A stretch of DNA of 64,000 nucleotides from the NCBI GenBank assembly GCA_018818125.1, contig JAHISQ010000120.1:4658-68657 (forward strand), read 5' to 3'. Positions 58,212 through 64,000 of this stretch are shown here, piece by piece. The stretch's first letter is position 1; each line of letters starts with the position of its first letter. A program made the position numbers and the translations under genes. The notes under the pieces are model-generated. The model did not search any database, was not told the origin of the DNA, and worked only from the letters and a program-made list of their open reading frames with translations. The DNA is from Candidatus Rifleibacteriota bacterium. GTDB taxonomy: Bacteria > Muiribacteriota > Ozemobacteria > Ozemobacterales > Ozemobacteraceae.

Positions 58212-59135
58212 GTGAAAATCAGGTTACTGCTTATTAGTTTGCTGCTGGCGGTTGCAGTCGGTGCTTCTGCCCAGGAAACACCGGCCGGAATACTCTTTGT
58301 TGGCGTCAAGAACGAAAGTTCAGATATTTATCTGTGGCAGCCCGATGGCGACAGCGGCCTGATCACACCACTGACGCAGACTCCGCAAAAAGAAGGAAAT
58401 GCCTGTTGGTGGACGCGTAAGGGTCTTATTCTGGCTTCCCGCGAAATGTCTGAGAATCATTATGGCCTGGTTGCTCTCAATGACCAGCTTGAAACCGTCT
58501 GGCAGCTCGAAGACCCTCTTGGCAGTCTGGGCTGGCCGGTGCCATCGCCATGGGATGACCGAATTCTCTGTGTAAGAGCTCTAAGCAATGGTTTTGTGCA
58601 GACCGGCATGATGAGTTTTCCTGATGGTGGATTTGAGCCATTTGAATTCGAGAATCTTTCGGGTGGACAGCTTGCCTGGCTGACGCCAGACCGAATTATG
58701 CTTTCACGCGTTACCGCAACCGGTTTTGTAATTACTCAGCGCGATCTCAATACTGGGGTCGAAGAAGTGGTGGTAAGTGGTGGCCAGAACTGGCAAAGCC
58801 ATGTGAATATGACCAGCGGCCGCATGTTTTTTGTCAGAAGAGTTGACCAGATCAGTAGCATATTTGAGCTGTGTAAAGACGCGCAGGGGAGCTGGGAATA
58901 CGAAAACCTGACTAATTCGCGGACCTACGACTGGCAGCCTGCGACCTGTTCGGAAGGTAGGACCCTGATCTACCAGTCATTACGTGGCGGCCGGTTTGTT
59001 ACCATAATTCGCGATCTTAGCAGTGGCGCAGAAAAACAGATTGGCCTTACCGGTTTCGTGCAGATTTATCACCCTACAATTCTTGACCGCTCAGATGTTG
59101 AGCGTTTGTTGCCGGGTAACGGCAGCCAGAAGTGA
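58212..59135 (+). CDS. Secreted TolB-like beta-propeller protein
   Basis: Signal peptide, SDIYLW, PVPSPWDDRIL, WQPATCSEGRTLIYQS repeats. Confidence 0.75.
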   Translation: MKIRLLLISLLLAVAVGASAQETPAGILFVGVKNESSDIYLWQPDGDSGLITPLTQTPQKEGNACWWTRKGLILASREMSENHYGLVALNDQLETVWQLEDPLGSLGWPVPSPWDDRILCVRALSNGFVQTGMMSFPDGGFEPFEFENLSGGQLAWLTPDRIMLSRVTATGFVITQRDLNTGVEEVVVSGGQNWQSHVNMTSGRMFFVRRVDQISSIFELCKDAQGSWEYENLTNSRTYDWQPATCSEGRTLIYQSLRGGRFVTIIRDLSSGAEKQIGLTGFVQIYHPTILDRSDVERLLPGNGSQK

Positions 59136-59144
59136 AGCTGTAGT

Positions 59145-59921
59145 TTGACAGAATTATTTACACCCATAGGATTTTTCATCTGTGACCGCGATTATCACCA
59201 GGAACAGCCTATGCAGGGTGTGTTTTCAGAGGTCGAGGGCTACATTGAGCTGGTGAAGGGTTTTAACTACGAGCAGGGTCTGAAGGATCTTGACGGCTTT
59301 GAATACATATGGGTTTTGTTTGTTTTTCATCACAACAGCAACTGGAAGCCACTGACCAACCCACCATACTCTGATGGAAAAGGGAAAAAGGGAGTTTTTG
59401 CCACGCGTTCGCCTTATCGCCCGAACCCGGTTGGCATGAGTTGTGTCAGACTTGATCGAGTCTCGGCAAACCGGGTTTATATAAGTGGTTCAGATTTGCT
59501 CAACAAAACACCGGTGATAGATATAAAGCCATATATTGCCGATTATGACAGTTTTCCGAAAGCTCGACGCGGCTGGCTTGACAACGTGATTAAAGACGTT
59601 TTCGCGATTGTTTACGAGGGCATTGCCGCCTCAAAAATTGCTTATCTTAAAAGGCACCGTGTTGATCTGCACGGAGTTATTGCCAGTCAGTTGCAACATA
59701 ACCCGCACGATCAGACGCGAAATAAGTTTGTAAAAACGCAGGAAGGTCTGCTTTTGCGCTTTAAATCATGGCGCGTTATATTTGAGATTGGCACAGAAGC
59801 TGTAGTCGTAAAAGATATTCGCTCTGGTTATGACAATTTTGAAAACCTGCTTGGAAACGATAATGCCGAGGATATGAAGGTTCATCAATTGTTCAGGCGT
59901 CATTTTAAGCAAATTCCTTGA
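59145..59921 (+). CDS. trmO: tRNA (t6A37-N6)-methyltransferase TrmO/TsaA
   Basis: LDGFEYIWVLFVFH, GVFATRSPYRPNPVGMS, DLLNKTPVIDIKPY. Confidence 0.9.
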   Translation: MTELFTPIGFFICDRDYHQEQPMQGVFSEVEGYIELVKGFNYEQGLKDLDGFEYIWVLFVFHHNSNWKPLTNPPYSDGKGKKGVFATRSPYRPNPVGMSCVRLDRVSANRVYISGSDLLNKTPVIDIKPYIADYDSFPKARRGWLDNVIKDVFAIVYEGIAASKIAYLKRHRVDLHGVIASQLQHNPHDQTRNKFVKTQEGLLLRFKSWRVIFEIGTEAVVVKDIRSGYDNFENLLGNDNAEDMKVHQLFRRHFKQIP

Positions 59922-60000
59922 TTTCTTGACGGTGCGGCCTTTGAGCGAGCGATTCCGCGACATAACTTCCCCCGATGTACCTCGCCGCCTTTTGATTTTG

Positions 60001-60029
60001 TTGATGTACATAGCTGTTGGTGTTAAAAT
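60001..60029 (+). promoter_or_regulatory. Sigma-70 promoter for the lipoprotein-aminotransferase operon
   Basis: TTGATG, 17-nt spacer ending in TGT, TAAAAT. Confidence 0.6.
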
Positions 60030-60063
60030 CAGCAGGTTCTAATTTTGAATTACAGGAAATATT

Positions 60064-60531
60064 ATGAAAAACATCAAAAGAATTCTTACTGTTTCGATTC
60101 TCGCTGGCGTGATTATGTCAGTTGGTTGCGGTGGCGATGCCACTCAGCCGTCAGCTATTGAATCTGCTGATGTTAAGGGTGGTGTCAAGATCGATAACGG
60201 CGCGGGTGGCACCAATATCAGCCTGCCGGGCGGCGTTAAAATTGACGCTAGCGCAGGTGGTGCGAAGGTAAGTCTGCCCGGAGTTAGCATTGACGCGAGT
60301 GAAGATGGCGCCAAAGTCAATCTTCCCGGCATTTCGATCAATGCTTCTGAGGACGGTGCTACTGTGGGCGTAACTGGCGATAATGAGTCTGGCAACGTTA
60401 AGGTTGACAGCAAAGGCGAAGAAAGCAGCGTGACTGTTGGCGATATTAAAATCGACAGCAAAGACGGCAAAAGCACAATTCAGCTGCCAGACGGATCGAC
60501 AATTGTAACTCCCACCACCGATTCTGAATAA
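60064..60531 (+). CDS. Lipoprotein with tandem beta-hairpin repeats
   Basis: Lipobox-like SVGC; three repeats of about 16 aa, (V/I)xLPG(V/I)xI(D/N)ASxxGA. Confidence 0.78.
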   Translation: MKNIKRILTVSILAGVIMSVGCGGDATQPSAIESADVKGGVKIDNGAGGTNISLPGGVKIDASAGGAKVSLPGVSIDASEDGAKVNLPGISINASEDGATVGVTGDNESGNVKVDSKGEESSVTVGDIKIDSKDGKSTIQLPDGSTIVTPTTDSE

Positions 60532-61637
60532 TGGCAATCAGACCATTTGAGCTTGAGCGTTATTTTGCCGAACATGAGTTTTCGGCAAAATATCTGCTCG
60601 GCTCAAGTGATCCCGAAGCCATGAGTGTCGAAGATCTTCTTGTCTTCGAACCTGGTGCCGAATCAGGGCTCAAAAAAATCTGGCTTGGTTATACCGAGAG
60701 TTTGGGTGATCCGGCTTTGCGTCGTGACATTGCGGCTTTGTACGAGTCAGTGACGCCAGAACAGGTTCTTGTTTTTACTGGTGCTGAAGAACCGATATTT
60801 GCTTTTATGCATGCTGTTCTTGAGCCTGGTGACCATATTGTCGTGCATTTTCCGGGTTATCAGTCACATTATTCGGTGGCTGAATCTCGCGGCATTGAAG
60901 TTTCGCACTGGCATGGCGACCCGCTGCAAAACTGGGCTCCAGATCTTTCTGAGCTGCCAAAGCTGATAAAGCCTAATACAAAGGCTCTGCTCATCTGTAC
61001 GCCACATAATCCGACCGGCTATCTTTTCGATAGAGCGGCCTGGCAACATGTTATAGAGATTGCCCGGCAACACAATCTCTATTTGTTTTGTGACGAAGTT
61101 TATCGCGGTTTAGAACATGATCCGACTGATCGCCTGCCGCACCTGGCTGACCATTACGAAAAAGGTGTGTCATTGAACTGTTTGAGCAAAAATTGTGGGC
61201 TGGCTGGCCTGCGAATTGGCTGGATAGCCACGAAAGATCGTCATATCTACAACCGCCTCGCAATGTTCAAAGATTATCTGACCATCTGCAACTGTGCGCC
61301 GGGCGAATATCTTGCCGGCATTGCGGTGCGCAACATTGGCAAGATATTTGAGCAGCAGCGTTTGCGACTGGTGCGCAACCTTGATTTGCTGGAAGATTTT
61401 TTTAAGCGCCATGAAGCACTATTCAGCTGGCAACGGCCTCGCGCTGGCACTGTTACTTTTCCGGGCTATCTTGCCGGCAGTGCCCTGGAATTTTGTAATA
61501 AACTGGTGACTGAGGCCGGAATAATGCTGATTCCAGGCACTTTTTTCGATATGTCAGGTGAATATCTGCGTTTTGGCTACGGTCGCGCCACTTTTGCCGA
61601 AGTACTGAACCGGCTCGACGAGTATTTAAGCGTCTGA
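60531..61637 (+). CDS. PLP-dependent aminotransferase class I/II
   Basis: CTPHNPTG, FCDEVYRG, CLSKNCGLAGLRIGW, LRFGYG. Confidence 0.92.
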   Translation: MAIRPFELERYFAEHEFSAKYLLGSSDPEAMSVEDLLVFEPGAESGLKKIWLGYTESLGDPALRRDIAALYESVTPEQVLVFTGAEEPIFAFMHAVLEPGDHIVVHFPGYQSHYSVAESRGIEVSHWHGDPLQNWAPDLSELPKLIKPNTKALLICTPHNPTGYLFDRAAWQHVIEIARQHNLYLFCDEVYRGLEHDPTDRLPHLADHYEKGVSLNCLSKNCGLAGLRIGWIATKDRHIYNRLAMFKDYLTICNCAPGEYLAGIAVRNIGKIFEQQRLRLVRNLDLLEDFFKRHEALFSWQRPRAGTVTFPGYLAGSALEFCNKLVTEAGIMLIPGTFFDMSGEYLRFGYGRATFAEVLNRLDEYLSV

Positions 61638-61687
61638 TCTCAAACTTTTTCACCCTTTTTTCTCTTTTTGACGCCTTTCAAGAAAGC

Positions 61688-61736
61688 TACAAGACATAAG
61701 CGCACAGAAGACTGTTCTGTGCGCTTATGTCTTGTA
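61688..61736. terminator. Perfect 22-bp inverted repeat between convergent genes (bidirectional terminator candidate)
   Basis: TACAAGACATAAGCGCACAGAA-GACTG-TTCTGTGCGCTTATGTCTTGTA. Confidence 0.75.
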
Positions 61737-61828
61737 AGGTTATATTTTAGCTTTATTGTTCACTTTTCCTTCTTCATTTGAACACCTCGTTGCCAATTTT
61801 GCTGCTCAACTTCAGTATTCACAATTAC

Positions 61829-64000
61829 TTAATACAGCAGAGGCTGTGCTTCGCTCGGTTTTACGATGTATTTGATGAACTGACCGCGAACCTGACCCGG
61901 CTGGTATGGTCCAAGGTCACCTGCATCGCCAGATTCATAAGTAAGTCCGTCTTTTTCGTCGCGACTGTACTCTTCGGGGTCGAGAATTTTGAACAGCGCA
62001 AATCCGATAACTCTGACAGATGAGCCAAACGCGTAATCCTCGGGACGATATGCACCGTTTGGGTGATCCTGTCCCTGAAGGTCGTAAATTGTGTCGATTC
62101 CGGCATTTGCAGGGTTGTTGACGCCGATTTCCGGTCCTACGTCGGTTATCGGAACGATAACTAAACGATTTGGCGGATAAGTGCCATCGCCATTTGTACG
62201 GAAATCTACGGCCTGATCGGTTGGTCCGCTCATGTTGCCTGGTTCGGTAATCAGTCGGTCATTCACTCCAATTGGAAGGTTGACGCCAAATTTAAAGCGG
62301 TCGCGATAGTCGTTAGCTCCGCCACTTAGGCTATTGTCTGGGTCGAGCGGCCCGTAATTGTTTTTGTTCTTGCCTGTAACTTCAGGTGGTTCAACATCGC
62401 CAACAACCTGCTTGTCAACCAGCGAACCCAGAAGAATGTTATTAAGAACCAGGCGCTTACTTTCTACGTTGTTGTGCCAGTGACCGCCAAGGAAGGAAAA
62501 TTCGCCTTTTCCACGTTTGCCTTTAAGATATTTCGCCTGTGTACTGTAATTTTTTCTGTTCCCGAGAACGGTACAGTCTTCTTTTATGCAGCTATGGTTG
62601 AAAACACTTGTATGTCCGGTTCCGGTGTCTGGCCATGAGCCATGATTCTGGCATCTGGGGTCAAGTGGTGATAGCAGATTAAAGGGAACAGCTGTTCCGG
62701 GGTCGATAAGAGCATTGATGGTTGAATAATAGCTGGAGCTATATTTAATCGGAAATCTTCGATATCCATAGTCGGTAAAGGCAAAACATGCAGAAAAAGC
62801 CTCAAGAGCTGACGCGCCATCATGAATCTCTGCCTGCCAAAGGGCAATGTCAAGAGTTTCCGGGGCGAAACACTGAGCAAACAGGAATCCACCAACTTCA
62901 ACATGGTTGCTGATCGTGCGTGCCACGTCGAATTTCATTTTCTGTACCTTATTCGCTCGGTTGAACCAACCATCCTGATTGTTTGACATGCCCGGGCCAT
63001 TGTTGCCGGTGCTGACTGCCGTCTGAGGCTTAGGTTCAGAATTGGCATCACTGGTATAGCCATTAGCGTCAGCTATATTGATTAGGCGGTTGTAGTCGCG
63101 GCATTGGGGGTAATTAGTATCACCACACATTGTAACGCCCGAATCGTTGCGCCAGAAAACTCCGTTAATACCCTTGCGTTCAGCGCAGCGCATATTAGTG
63201 TGTAGACAGCTGGATCTATCGTAAGTCCCAGGCCATTGCCATTCCAGAGAAGTTGTTTCCACCCATTTTTTCAGTTTTTTGTCGTAATAGCTGCTGGTAA
63301 CGTTTGTGAGAGCATATTGGGAGCTGCAGTATGAACACATGCGCTCCTGAGCTGCTGCCTTTGTTCCGATATGATTATCATCAAAAAAATCTTTGCAGCT
63401 GTCGAGATAATTGCCACAGCCACCATTAAAGCCAGTAAAATCTTCATGATGAAGATGGACCCAGTGGTAATTATCAAGAACACCGTTAAGAATTTCGTTG
63501 TCATATATGTGATCATTTGAAGCTGCGCTATAGGTTTCACTTCGTTGCCATCCACCGGGAAGACTATACTCGCCATAGGGGATATTTGCTGCCCTGAGTA
63601 CATCTTCCACTGGGTCGGTACCACTCTGGGAAGAATACACAGCAATTCTGGGACGATCATAAAGCTCTAGAATATTGGGGTTAACCTGATCAAAAATAGC
63701 CTGAATATTCTCTGATCCTTCAACCAGATCCCAGTTAACTTTTAAGGCATTGAGCTTTTTTACAACATCATCATGATAGGGCAGCAAAAATGAGCCGCCA
63801 CGGTACCCAAGTAACCAATAAACAGGCACAAAACCCAAATCAGAGCCATCCCCGATTCTCAAACACCAGAATGCACCACCATAGGCTTTGAGGTATCCTG
63901 TTTCAGTCTGAGAATTAGAGTCCATAGGGACCAGGATCATTTTCAGGTCTTCATTGTCAGGCGGTACTACTGTGTTTCCGCCTCCTGAACCAAGCTTCAG
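61829..64000 (-). CDS. TadG-like pilus-associated protein with an inserted GATase-like domain, 5'-partial
   Basis: Frame is open to base 64000 (LKLGSGGG...); TadG-type NYGPLD...GANDYRD...TEPGNMSGPT and RLVIVPI...VIGFALF...RGQF flank an inserted domain. Confidence 0.75.
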   Translation of the reverse strand: MKLGSGGGNTVVPPDNEDLKMILVPMDSNSQTETGYLKAYGGAFWCLRIGDGSDLGFVPVYWLLGYRGGSFLLPYHDDVVKKLNALKVNWDLVEGSENIQAIFDQVNPNILELYDRPRIAVYSSQSGTDPVEDVLRAANIPYGEYSLPGGWQRSETYSAASNDHIYDNEILNGVLDNYHWVHLHHEDFTGFNGGCGNYLDSCKDFFDDNHIGTKAAAQERMCSYCSSQYALTNVTSSYYDKKLKKWVETTSLEWQWPGTYDRSSCLHTNMRCAERKGINGVFWRNDSGVTMCGDTNYPQCRDYNRLINIADANGYTSDANSEPKPQTAVSTGNNGPGMSNNQDGWFNRANKVQKMKFDVARTISNHVEVGGFLFAQCFAPETLDIALWQAEIHDGASALEAFSACFAFTDYGYRRFPIKYSSSYYSTINALIDPGTAVPFNLLSPLDPRCQNHGSWPDTGTGHTSVFNHSCIKEDCTVLGNRKNYSTQAKYLKGKRGKGEFSFLGGHWHNNVESKRLVLNNILLGSLVDKQVVGDVEPPEVTGKNKNNYGPLDPDNSLSGGANDYRDRFKFGVNLPIGVNDRLITEPGNMSGPTDQAVDFRTNGDGTYPPNRLVIVPITDVGPEIGVNNPANAGIDTIYDLQGQDHPNGAYRPEDYAFGSSVRVIGFALFKILDPEEYSRDEKDGLTYESGDAGDLGPYQPGQVRGQFIKYIVKPSEAQPLLY

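Noticed and set aside
1-64000. CRISPR array, rRNA, transposase, phage genes
   Set aside because: No regularly spaced repeats or diagnostic motifs were seen.
1-64000. Stop-codon recoding or programmed frameshifts
   Set aside because: TGA, TAA and TAG all end proteins at family-typical C-termini and often overlap the next start; no split genes need repair.

Overview
Bacterial genomic window (standard code; overlapping stop/start couplings such as ATGA and TAATG recur). Gene content (paired 4TM-HAMP signalling proteins, prepilin clusters) resembles Candidatus Riflebacteria-type genomes; this is an inference from memory, not a search result. Left to right: (i) the 3' part of a type II fatty-acid/polyketide-like cluster (KAS, two FabG-like SDRs, nitroreductase, long ACP) ending in two tandem radical SAM genes with the motif layout of the archaeal tetraether synthase Tes/GDGT-MAS, met head-on by a methyltransferase plus B12-radical SAM pair, then a secreted hydrolase; (ii) an orphan Cache histidine kinase, an ECF sigma/anti-sigma pair and a sugar ABC transporter; (iii) a hotspot where sensor genes sit between diverged stubs of neighbouring genes; (iv) a Cus-type Cu/Ag RND efflux operon; (v) two coupled adenylate cyclase genes with exactly complementary loss of catalytic residues (C1-like plus C2-like), and a matching pair of PP2C/SpoIIE phosphatases on the same receptor chassis; (vi) asparaginase, tRNA-Arg(CCG), a minor-pilin/Skp/giant secreted protein operon, several accessory genes, and a TadG-like protein carrying an inserted GATase-like domain. 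No CRISPR array, rRNA, transposase or integrase was seen. Best candidates for undescribed systems: the Tes-like pair inside an ACP-dependent lipid cluster and the split heterodimeric adenylate cyclase. Family assignments rest on motif recognition only; no alignments or searches were run.
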